Shown here: positions 17,835 through 25,989 of the stretch, in pieces
Numbering within the stretch: position 1 is the first letter of the stretch
Layout: each line of letters begins with the position of its first letter
Assembly (NCBI GenBank): GCA_016187225.1
Contig: JACPKC010000007.1
Span: forward strand, 7,654-71,653
Source of the DNA: Candidatus Berkelbacteria bacterium
Lineage (GTDB): Bacteria > Patescibacteriota > UBA1384 > JACPKC01
DNA: 64,000 nucleotides
Reading direction: 5' to 3'
Position numbers and translations under genes: made by a program
The notes under the pieces: model-generated
What the model was told of the DNA's origin: nothing
Database searches by the model: none
The model's input: the letters and a program-made list of their open reading frames with translations, nothing else

Positions 17835-17869
17835 CAGTGCGTTGCCTTCAGCCACTCGGCCACGTCTCC
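17780..17869 (-). tRNA. tRNA-Ser (anticodon GCT), type II with a long variable arm, CCA encoded
   Basis: Manual fold: acceptor GGAGACG/CGTCTCC, D-arm GCC-GAGTGGCTGAA-GGC, anticodon arm ACGCA-CTGCTAA-TGCGT, variable arm of about 17 nt, T-arm GGAGG-TTCGAAT-CCTCC, discriminator G, then CCA. Confidence 0.85.
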
Positions 17870-18012
17870 TGATCCACAAGTACTATATTGTACGCACACA
17901 CTCTCGAGGCGGCAAGGTTAAACAAAAGCATTGAAGGCGACCCGGCGCAAGGCCGGAATAAAGTGAATGAAGAAAATGACCGACTCCTCTTCACTGCGCG
18001 GAGAGTTTAGAA

Positions 18013-20343
18013 TTATTGACCTGTCGCGAGTGGCGTTCGATTAAGTTGCCGCTCAACTGAAGCAACCAGTTCGCGGGTCTTCCAAATTACGTCGGGATTA
18101 ACGGAGATGCTATTGATCCCGCGACGAACTAAAAATTCGGTAAATTCCGGATAGTTGCTTGGGGCTTGGCCACAAATAGAAACCGTGACCTTCTTTTTCC
18201 GGCACGCCTGAATAACATGCTCGATCGAGCGCAAAACTGCCGGATCGCGCTCATTAAAAGTGGCCGCTAAAGTTTCATTATCCCGATCCACTCCAAGTGT
18301 GAGTTGCGTCAAATCGTTTGAGCCAATCGAGACACCCTGCAGACCGATATCGAGGAACTCTTCGATCATAATCACGTTGCTCGGCACCTCGCACATCATA
18401 TACAGACGAAAAGTACGATCATAGGTCAGGCCAGATTTATCGACCATCGCCTTAACCTGTTTCATCTCATCGACCGTTCGCACAAATGGAATCATCAGAT
18501 AAAGATTTTCATAACCGCCCCGACCGCGCACCTCCTGAAGCGCCTCGAGTTCAGCGGCAAAAAGATCTGGGTCGGCGACATAACGCGCCGCGCCGCGATA
18601 ACCAATCATCGGATTTTCTTCATGCGGCTCAAACTCCGCACCGCCCTTCAAGCTCCGATACTCGTTGGTTTTAAAATCGGAAGCGCGATAAATCACTGGA
18701 TGCGGGTGAAAGGCGCGCGCAAATGTTGTCATGCCGGCGGCGAGTTTTTGCACATATTCAGCCCGCCGTCCAGTTTGAACCATTGCTTTAGGATGTTCGC
18801 CTAAAGTCGCGATCATAAATTCCGCCCGCAAAAGTCCAACGCCATCGACTGGCTCTTTGGCAATTTCCGCCGCTTTTTCCGGTGTTGCCAGATTCACCAT
18901 CAGTTTAGTAGCGGTTTTTGGCGCTGTCCTGGGATCGCGCGGATGCTTTTTAGAATCAACTTTTGAAGCCTCCTCGTGAGTCAGCCCGATCGCACCTTGA
19001 TAAATCTTGCCGTTGGCGCCATCAACTGTGATTGTTTGGCCCTCATGCAAAATATGCGTGGCGGTGCCCGTGCCAACAATTGCCGGAATCCCAAGTTCGC
19101 GCGAGACGATCGCGGCATGACTTGTCCGGCCACCCGCATCAGTTACAATCGCCGTCGCTCGCCGCATTGCCGGCACATAATCCGGACTCGTCATTTCGGC
19201 TACTAAAATATCGCCTTCTTTGACACGATCGATTTCCTCGGAAGATTTCAACACTCTCACCGTTCCCACGGCGATTCCGATACTCGCTCCGGTGCCAGTT
19301 AAGAGCGGCGGAGTTTTAATCTCCGCAACCGGCAATGGTTCAACGCCGGAACGAACGGGAATTTTCTTTTTTATAGTTGTCACGGGCCGAGACTGGACAA
19401 AAAAGATTTGATTCTTGGCAATCGCCCACTCGGTGTCCTGCGGAAACTGATAGTGAGCCTCAATTTGCTTGCCCAATTCTGACAGGGCAAGAATCTGCGT
19501 ATCGGTCAATTTTTGTTGAGTTTGCGCCTCGGCCGGAACTGCAAAATGCGCATTTTCCCCCTTCCCCTCGGTCTTGCTGATTTTCCAAGTTTGAGTGGCC
19601 ACTTCGCGTTCGAGAATTTCGAGGGGTTCTTTTTGAACTGTGTAGCGATCAGGCGTGAGCGAACCCGACACAACGGCTTCACCTAATCCCCAAGCAGCAT
19701 CAATCGTAATAACCGACTTATCACTTGTGAGTGGGTCGAGTGTAAAAAGAATGCCGGCAACTTCGGATTGAACCATCGCTTGAATCGGCACCGCGATCGC
19801 GACCTTGAGATGATCATATTTTTGAACCGATCGATAGTAAATTGCTCGGGCGCCAAACAAACTCGCCCAGGCCGCCCGAACCGCTTGCGCCACATTCGCG
19901 CCGCCCGAAACATTTAAGAAAGTCGCCTGCTGACCGGCAAAGCTGGCATCTGGTAAATCTTCGGCCGTTGCCGAGGATCTGACTGCCACATAGGCTGATC
20001 CGCCCGGGCGCAAGCGAAGTTCAGTATAGCGCTCGGTAATGATTGATTCTAAATCGCGATCAAACGGCGTATTCAAAATTTTCGCTTGGATTTCTTGAGC
20101 TTTTGCCTGAAGGGTTTTCGAATCCTCTGGGTCGAGAGAAGTTAAAGCTTGCTGGATATAACGATCGAGCTTATTGACTTGAATAAACTTGCGATAGGCC
20201 TCGGCCGTCACGATAAATCCAGGCGGCACCGGAATACCGGCCTGAACGAGCTCGCCAAGATTAGCGCCTTTGCCGCCCACTAAATCAACGTCAGTTTTGT
20301 CAACTTCCTCGAACCAGACAACCTTGGGTACTGGATTTGCCAT
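18013..20343 (-). CDS. ppsA: Phosphoenolpyruvate synthase (pyruvate, water dikinase)
   Basis: 776 aa. The N-terminal VVWFEEVDKTDVDLVGGKGANLGEL, the phospho-His motif GGRTSHAAIVSRELGIPAIVGT and a C-terminal PEP-utilising TIM barrel are all present. Confidence 0.85.
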   Translation of the reverse strand: MANPVPKVVWFEEVDKTDVDLVGGKGANLGELVQAGIPVPPGFIVTAEAYRKFIQVNKLDRYIQQALTSLDPEDSKTLQAKAQEIQAKILNTPFDRDLESIITERYTELRLRPGGSAYVAVRSSATAEDLPDASFAGQQATFLNVSGGANVAQAVRAAWASLFGARAIYYRSVQKYDHLKVAIAVPIQAMVQSEVAGILFTLDPLTSDKSVITIDAAWGLGEAVVSGSLTPDRYTVQKEPLEILEREVATQTWKISKTEGKGENAHFAVPAEAQTQQKLTDTQILALSELGKQIEAHYQFPQDTEWAIAKNQIFFVQSRPVTTIKKKIPVRSGVEPLPVAEIKTPPLLTGTGASIGIAVGTVRVLKSSEEIDRVKEGDILVAEMTSPDYVPAMRRATAIVTDAGGRTSHAAIVSRELGIPAIVGTGTATHILHEGQTITVDGANGKIYQGAIGLTHEEASKVDSKKHPRDPRTAPKTATKLMVNLATPEKAAEIAKEPVDGVGLLRAEFMIATLGEHPKAMVQTGRRAEYVQKLAAGMTTFARAFHPHPVIYRASDFKTNEYRSLKGGAEFEPHEENPMIGYRGAARYVADPDLFAAELEALQEVRGRGGYENLYLMIPFVRTVDEMKQVKAMVDKSGLTYDRTFRLYMMCEVPSNVIMIEEFLDIGLQGVSIGSNDLTQLTLGVDRDNETLAATFNERDPAVLRSIEHVIQACRKKKVTVSICGQAPSNYPEFTEFLVRRGINSISVNPDVIWKTRELVASVERQLNRTPLATGQ

Positions 20344-20366
20344 ACCCCTCCTCGCACGAGCTATGC

Positions 20367-21434
20367 CTATTTTATCACAGAGTCAGTCTCTTCCTTGGGA
20401 GCAGCCGAAAGAGCTGATTGATTATGGACTTTTTCAATAATCAAGGCGCGCACCTTGGTCATGGCAGGCGGCTGATTTTCAAAGTAAGCGCGAGCGGCGT
20501 CTCGACCCTGGCCAAGCTTAATTTCACCCCACTGAAACCACGAGCCGGCTTTTTCCAAAATGCCATGTTCAACGCCAAGATCGAGAATATCGCCGGCGGC
20601 GCTGATGCCGCGCGGAAAAATTATCTCAAATTCGGCTTTAGTAAAGGGCGGGGCAACTTTATTTTTGACAACTTTGGCTCGCACGCGGTTGCCGATCACG
20701 CGATCGCCCTGCTTAAGCTGTTCCGTGCGACGAATTTCAATCCGAACCGATGAGTAAAACTTGAGCGCCATGCCGCCGGTTGTTGTTTCCGGATTGCCAA
20801 ACATCACACCGATTTTCATGCGGAGTTGATTGATAAATATAAGACAGGTTTTCGATTTTGAAACTGCCGCGGTGAGTTTGCGCAAAGCCTGACTCATTAA
20901 CCGTGCCTGAACACCCATCTGTGAATCACCCATCTCGCCTTCGATTTCTGAACGCGGCACCAAGGCCGCAACTGAATCAACGACAATCACGTCAATTGCA
21001 TTTGAGCGAATCAAGGTTTCGGCAATCTCAAGCGCTTGCTCGCCCGAATCAGGTTGGCTGACCAATAAATCTTCAAGTTTCAAACCAATGTTGCGCGCGT
21101 ATTCAGGGTTAAAGGCGTGCTCGGCATCGATAAAAGCCGCAAGTCCGCCCAGCTTTTGAGCTTCAGCCGTAATGTGCATCGCGAGTGTAGTTTTGCCCGA
21201 ACTCTCCGGCCCATAAATTTCGATAATGCGGCCCCGAGGCACGCCGCCAACGCCTAAAGCTAAATCCAGGCTTAGCGAACCAGTCGGGATAACCTGAACA
21301 TCGAGCTTGCGATTATCGCTTAAGGTTGTAATTGAACCCTTGCCAAACTGCTTTTCGATCGTTGCCAAAGCAACTTCAAGAGCTTGCCTCCGCGCTTGCG
21401 ATTCCGTTGCATCCGGAATCGAACTTTTGGTCAT
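20367..21434 (-). CDS. recA: Recombinase RecA
   Basis: Walker [18 protein letters not shown], the L1/L2 loop regions and 355 aa overall. Unambiguous. Confidence 0.95.
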   Translation of the reverse strand: MTKSSIPDATESQARRQALEVALATIEKQFGKGSITTLSDNRKLDVQVIPTGSLSLDLALGVGGVPRGRIIEIYGPESSGKTTLAMHITAEAQKLGGLAAFIDAEHAFNPEYARNIGLKLEDLLVSQPDSGEQALEIAETLIRSNAIDVIVVDSVAALVPRSEIEGEMGDSQMGVQARLMSQALRKLTAAVSKSKTCLIFINQLRMKIGVMFGNPETTTGGMALKFYSSVRIEIRRTEQLKQGDRVIGNRVRAKVVKNKVAPPFTKAEFEIIFPRGISAAGDILDLGVEHGILEKAGSWFQWGEIKLGQGRDAARAYFENQPPAMTKVRALIIEKVHNQSALSAAPKEETDSVIK

Positions 21435-21504
21435 CTAAACTCCTTTTCTCATTAGAATTAATCACTCGCAGATACTACCCAAATGAATCTATATATGAGC
21501 GTGG

Positions 21505-22353
21505 CTATTCCACAACGATTACCTTAATCCTCGCCTTCTCGCCCGGACTATGCAGGCCCAATCGATATTTCTTTATGTTATTAGGAATCTCGACTGTTCC
21601 CGACTCTAACCACTGTTCTTTATAATAACGTAGCTTTCCTATACTCTCTAGCAGTTCTTGCCCTGACTCAAGTACAGGTATTATTTTCCCTCCGAGTCTC
21701 AAGTATTGAAGATCCCTAATTGTCAACAGTACCAAAACAAGCATTGCCGATAACATGACAATAAGTAGCTGAAAGAACAACTGATTCGTGCTTATGTAAA
21801 AAAGGCAGAATAAAATAATAGCCACAAGACTTATAAGCACGATCCATTGACCATTTGTTAGTTTTTCTTTCGCAATCGTGGAATTTTTATTTCGTACTTC
21901 TTCAATCGATTGCAGTGTTGCAAACATGTTTGCATAAGTAGAACTCACGCTGTGTGCCTTAAGACCATAGATGACGTCATAGATATTATTGAATTGTAGC
22001 ATTGTACCTTTGTAGGCATAATCGTAGTTATTAAGATCTCCCTCGAAGGAAGCAATATAATAGTCATCAATTGCATCACTAATTTTATTAGCGAATGGTT
22101 CACCAAATACCTTGGCCATTTTAAACAACGAAAAAAAGTAAGCGTCCTCATCAGACACTAAACTTCGCATCGTACTATATCGATCATTAAGCCTAGAGAT
22201 GAAAAAGCCAGAGAAAATTGCGAATAGAAAAGAAGAGATCGTAAGAATAGTCTCAACAATCGATGTTGAACCCACCCCATGAATGTAGATTGCTAGGACA
22301 CCGAAAAACAATGCCGAAATGATACTGCCCGTGACCGCGTCTATGTATTTCAT
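21505..22353 (-). CDS. Hypothetical membrane protein (2 N-terminal + 2 C-proximal TM helices), AT-rich
   Basis: 282 aa with a composition markedly more AT-rich than the neighbouring recA. No family recognised. Confidence 0.45.
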   Translation of the reverse strand: MKYIDAVTGSIISALFFGVLAIYIHGVGSTSIVETILTISSFLFAIFSGFFISRLNDRYSTMRSLVSDEDAYFFSLFKMAKVFGEPFANKISDAIDDYYIASFEGDLNNYDYAYKGTMLQFNNIYDVIYGLKAHSVSSTYANMFATLQSIEEVRNKNSTIAKEKLTNGQWIVLISLVAIILFCLFYISTNQLFFQLLIVMLSAMLVLVLLTIRDLQYLRLGGKIIPVLESGQELLESIGKLRYYKEQWLESGTVEIPNNIKKYRLGLHSPGEKARIKVIVVE

Positions 22354-22508
22354 ACATAAAGTATATCATCAGAGACTACTGGAAAACACACTCCGTACTG
22401 GTTCTGCATAGCACCCTGTCACTGCTGGGTAACGGCCACCTGGTAGCGATATCTGTTTTGCTTTTTGGCCCGGACAGGTATTGCCCGAACCTTTTTTATA
22501 ACAAGAAA

Positions 22509-22532
22509 CTTTCCCACTTTCATCATTACGAG
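22509..22532. repeat. P1 intergenic repeat copy (CTTTCCCACTTTCATCATTACGAG)
   Basis: 23/24 identical to 33108-33131. It lies upstream of the GC-rich secreted-protein gene. Confidence 0.6.
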
Positions 22533-22568
22533 CCGAAGAAATTATCTCCCTCCGAGTCCGAGAATGCT

Positions 22569-23804
22569 AATATGGGAGGGATTGGAGGGAGAGTGTTGCT
22601 ATTTCTTCAGAATAGACCCGGGTTTGCCCGAATACTTTTCATCGGGGTGGTAAGTGTTGCTGTTGTACTCGGTCTCTTACTTATCACCGGACATGCCAAG
22701 GCAGCGGTGTTGATACAGAAGGGTGATACGCTGATGAACCAAGGTCAGTATCAGGCAGCTAAAGTTGCATACGAGGAAGCCGAGCGCTACTGGTCATTTC
22801 AGAAAGCCGAGCTCAGACCAAAAATTGAGCAGGTGAAGACGCTCATTGCCCAAGACGTCGCGTTTGCCGAGGGTGACGCCCAGCGGGCAACAGGCGAGTG
22901 GCAAGCGTGCGTGAATGCGTTTTCCCAGGTCACTGAAGCGCATGCCAACTACAACGCGGCTTCGGCCGCTGTAACCGAGTTCACCAGCAATCTCACTCCT
23001 GTCCCAGCCGCAAATACTAAATCAGCATCGAATACACCAGCCAAGAAAATGACGACGAAGACGACAACCGTACCAGCGGCGTCCGAATCAGCGCCGACAC
23101 CAGTGCCAGAGACTCCTTCCTCGACGGAGTCGTCGAATAACTCAACCCCGGAACAGACTGTCAGCGAGGCGTCTGAACCAGTAGAAGAGCAACAGCAATC
23201 ATCGACGCCGTCCTGTACTTCCAATACCAACCCAAGCTTTACCCACCACATTACTGATTTAGGCTTGGTTGCCAAGGTGGTCAGTCCGCCCACGAAGGCC
23301 GGAACAGATCTCAAACCCCATGGCTACGTCGATACACAGTTAACCAGTGCGCCGGTCTACGCGCCGATCGCGGCCACACTCGAGAGTGGCGCCTTCTATC
23401 AAGAGGGGAACCCCGACGGCGAATATCTCCTCGTCTTCAAGGCGAGTTGCGAGGTCACATTCCGGTTCGACCACATAACAAACCCAATCCAAGTCGTCAA
23501 AGACGCTTTTCCGACGAAGCAATCCCACACCCGGACAAATGCACCGGCGAGCGCCGTCTCGTTCATGGCCGGCGAACAGATCGGCACGACTACCGGCACC
23601 ATTGACGGCATCTGGGACTTTGGCGTCTACAATTCAAGTACGTCCAATCGCTACGCCGACGATCCAATCTACAACTGGAGCAGTAACGCAACGACAGCGG
23701 TCTGCCCATGGAGCTACTATTCGACAAGTATGTACGCCCAATACAGCGCACTCTTTGGGAGCCTCGGCGGCAACCCACCCGACGGTGAGCCGTTCTGTTC
23801 GTAA
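22569..23804 (+). CDS. Secreted/anchored hypothetical protein with a Ser/Thr/Pro-rich linker and a C-terminal globular domain
   Basis: Start taken at MGGIGGRVLLFLQ... with the hydrophobic anchor FIGVVSVAVVLGLLLI. A TPVPETPSSTESSNNSTPEQT linker follows. The gene is GC-rich relative to the flanks. Confidence 0.5.
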   Translation, partial: NMGGIGGRVLLFLQNRPGFARILFIGVVSVAVVLGLLLITGHAKAAVLIQKGDTLMNQGQYQAAKVAYEEAERYWSFQKAELRPKIEQVKTLIAQDVAFAEGDAQRATGEWQACVNAFSQVTEAHANYNAASAAVTEFTSNLTPVPAANTKSASNTPAKKMTTKTTTVPAASESAPTPVPETPSSTESSNNSTPEQTVSEASEPVEEQQQSSTPSCTSNTNPSFTHHITDLGLVAKVVSPPTKAGTDLKPHGYVDTQLTSAPVYAPIAATLESGAFYQEGNPDGEYLLVFKASCEVTFRFDHITNPIQVVKDAFPTKQSHTRTNAPASAVSFMAGEQIGTTTGTIDGIWDFGVYNSSTSNRYADDPIYNWSSNATTAVCPWSYYSTSMYAQYSALFGSLGGNPPDGEPFCS

Positions 23805-23856
23805 CGGCGCGACGAGCATGACAATGATCCTATTCGGGATCTAGAGTAATAAAAAA

Positions 23857-23878
23857 AGAGACCTAATTTTAGGTCTCT
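23857..23878 (-). terminator. Rho-independent terminator for the minus-strand gene 23891-24736, lying between convergent genes
   Basis: AGAGACCTAA-TT-TTAGGTCTCT forms a perfect ~9-bp stem. On the minus strand it is followed by TTTTTTT. Confidence 0.6.
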
Positions 23879-23890
23879 CTACGAGGGGCG

Positions 23891-24736
23891 CTAATGCCAA
23901 AAAATGACATCCTCGCCCCAAAAATTCTCGACGAAATCTTTTAAAATGGTCGGCTTTCCGACCTTGCCCTCGCGGAGCGCGCGCAGAGCCTTTGCCTCGA
24001 TCTGGCGCACGCGCTCTTTGCGAATTCCGAGCTCGGTCGCAACCTCGAGATAAGTTCTCGACTGGCTCCCCCGAAGCCCGCGGCTGGCTTGCCAGGGCTC
24101 AAGACCGACCCGCCAAGCAAGCACCTTGTACTCGCGCTCGGTCAAGAGCGCGCGCAGGGCGCTGACCATCGCCTCGCCCCGCCCCGCGACGATTGGAACG
24201 AGAAGTCGCCTATGCTGTTCGACGACGAACTCTCGCTTCTGTTCATGGAATTGGTGCACAGAGGCAGGCAATTCTCCGTCAGTCAACATTTGCTTGATCC
24301 AGGCAAGGTGGATCTGATGGTACTCACCACCATAGCTGGCGGCCGACACGATCCGATAGATCGCGCTAAGCGGATAAGGCAACGCCTTGACAAGCGCCTC
24401 CCACCATAGGTCCATATCCATGCACCAGGTGAAAATGACCACGTCGTGCCGGCATGAATCTAGATCGATATCGATCTCTTTGAAGAGCATATTGGCCAAC
24501 TTGTAATTCCTACTTTGCCCATACTCTGCCTGGAGCCAGGCGCCGAACATTCGTCGCCATCGGTCCTTTTCCGACACTTTGGGCAGTTCCGACACGCCCA
24601 GCTCCTGGCGCACGATCTTGGCGATGGTGACAGGGGACTTGGGCGCCTCAATGTTCCCCTCTTGCATGACGCTCGGTATCTGGGCAATCGGAATGCCCGC
24701 CGTGAAAAGATTCGCCATCATTTTGTGATTTTCCAT
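23891..24736 (-). CDS. Sigma-70 region-4-containing protein (C-terminal HTH only), hypothetical regulator
   Basis: The C-terminal LTEREYKVLAWRVGLE...RTYLEVATELGIRKERVRQIEAKALRALR is a strong sigma70 region-4 match. No recognisable region 2 is present in the N-terminal 200 aa. The gene is GC-rich. Confidence 0.5.
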   Translation of the reverse strand: MENHKMMANLFTAGIPIAQIPSVMQEGNIEAPKSPVTIAKIVRQELGVSELPKVSEKDRWRRMFGAWLQAEYGQSRNYKLANMLFKEIDIDLDSCRHDVVIFTWCMDMDLWWEALVKALPYPLSAIYRIVSAASYGGEYHQIHLAWIKQMLTDGELPASVHQFHEQKREFVVEQHRRLLVPIVAGRGEAMVSALRALLTEREYKVLAWRVGLEPWQASRGLRGSQSRTYLEVATELGIRKERVRQIEAKALRALREGKVGKPTILKDFVENFWGEDVIFWH

Positions 24737-24842
24737 TTTTTTAATTCCTCCTAATCAAATTATCCCTAGAATCTAGGGAACTAAAACTTCTACCACCAAA
24801 GAGGGTGGCCTGTCAAGCGCGTAGCTTCGGCCAAGCGCTTGT

Positions 24843-25559
24843 TTAGCGTGGAATATCCGCTAGAAGCTGAAGGGTTTTGATAGTTTCTTTTTCAGCCTTA
24901 TTTTTCGCCGCAATTTCAATTGTATTGACGCCGTCGATTAAACTTACAGCCTCGCGAAAGTGACCGTCTTGATTAACTGTAACGGGTTGATCGTTAATAC
25001 GTAACTCCGCGCCTGGATCGGTAATACCGGCAACTTCAACCTCTTGCACTGAAACTGAAAGGGCTGAACCAGGCGTGACGATCTCAAGCGGCGGGGCGGC
25101 AGCAAAACTGGCAACCTGAAACCACATATAACCCAAAACACCCAACACGAATAGACTCAAAGCGCTTCCCCAAATAATTTCGGGAGTGATATGCCATTGG
25201 CGACGCCGTTCGATCAACTCATCGGCGCTGTGTGGACGCAGAAGGGTTGCCTGCGTTTTAGCCGAAACGCGAACGCTTTGAGTTTGGACATAGCTTGCGA
25301 GCTCGACCTCGTAGGCAGTCAGCGCGCTCTCGGGTTTCAACCCAAGATAGACGGCGTAGCGCGTCAAAAAACCGCGCACATAAACGCGGGCTGGCAATTT
25401 ATGATAGTGCCCCAGTTCAAGCGCTTCCAAGTGACGCATTGGTACTTTTGTCTCGGTCTCGGCAGTGCGTAATTCAATATGCCTACGCTTCCGCGCCTTC
25501 AAAAGTTTGGCTCCCAAAGTTTGAGAGCTTGCAATCCGTTTTTTGCGAAAAGGAGTCAT
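24843..25559 (-). CDS. RodZ-like cytoskeleton-associated protein (N-terminal XRE-type HTH, single TM)
   Basis: LGAKLLKARKRRHIELRTAETETKVPMRHLEALELGHYHKLPARVYVRGFLTRYAVYLGL matches the RodZ N-domain consensus. A TM helix lies at about residues 135-155. Confidence 0.55.
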   Translation of the reverse strand: MTPFRKKRIASSQTLGAKLLKARKRRHIELRTAETETKVPMRHLEALELGHYHKLPARVYVRGFLTRYAVYLGLKPESALTAYEVELASYVQTQSVRVSAKTQATLLRPHSADELIERRRQWHITPEIIWGSALSLFVLGVLGYMWFQVASFAAAPPLEIVTPGSALSVSVQEVEVAGITDPGAELRINDQPVTVNQDGHFREAVSLIDGVNTIEIAAKNKAEKETIKTLQLLADIPR

Positions 25560-25658
25560 CTTCGGGTTTTTGAGCGTTAAAATAAATAGAGTTAAAAGCT
25601 AACTTCAGAATTATTGTAACGCAGATTGTTTAATCAATATCTGTTGATAAGTAAAAGT

Positions 25659-25967
25659 CTACCTTTGTTTTCGGGTATGTGAAACAAGACGGTCGTGAAT
25701 ATCGAGCATGCTCTGTTGAGCTTCTTGTCGTCGTTTAATTACAGACACATCATCTTGAAGATTGGAAACATCTTGCTTGAGATCGGAGACATCGGCTTTC
25801 AAGACAGAAACATCTTGCTTAACTGCTGACATATCTTCTTGAAGACAGATAAGTTTTTCTCCGTGCTCTACGAGTACCTCATTGATTGCGGCAAAGAACG
25901 GCTCAAGCGCCACGATGATTTGTTGAAGCTGTTCCTGGCTGAAGGCTGATTCATGTGGTTTTGGCAT
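25659..25967 (-). CDS. Small coiled-coil protein with tandem DVSxLKxDVS repeats (hypothetical)
   Basis: 102 aa. The central DVSVLKADVSDLKQDVSNLQDDVSVIK repeat is encoded by an imperfect nucleotide tandem repeat at about 25740-25830. Confidence 0.4.
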   Translation of the reverse strand: MPKPHESAFSQEQLQQIIVALEPFFAAINEVLVEHGEKLICLQEDMSAVKQDVSVLKADVSDLKQDVSNLQDDVSVIKRRQEAQQSMLDIHDRLVSHTRKQR

Positions 25968-25989
25968 AAAACTACTCTATCACTAATTT

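Noticed and set aside
18486-19580. Multiple 60-76-aa plus-strand ORFs inside ppsA (and similar sets inside ftsK, rnj, pnp, valS and the 53.6-56.1 kb GC-rich genes)
   Set aside because: They are antisense to long conserved genes, Arg/Pro/Ser-rich and lack RBS. These are the shadow ORFs expected in moderate to high GC coding DNA.
22555-22600. Shared 12-mer GGAGGGAGAGTG at the start of the 448-aa secreted-protein gene and at the RBS/GTG start of the 872-aa coiled-coil gene (60211-60228)
   Set aside because: It is too short to distinguish from chance. In one place it encodes GGR and in the other it serves as the Shine-Dalgarno plus start. It is noted only as a coincidence.
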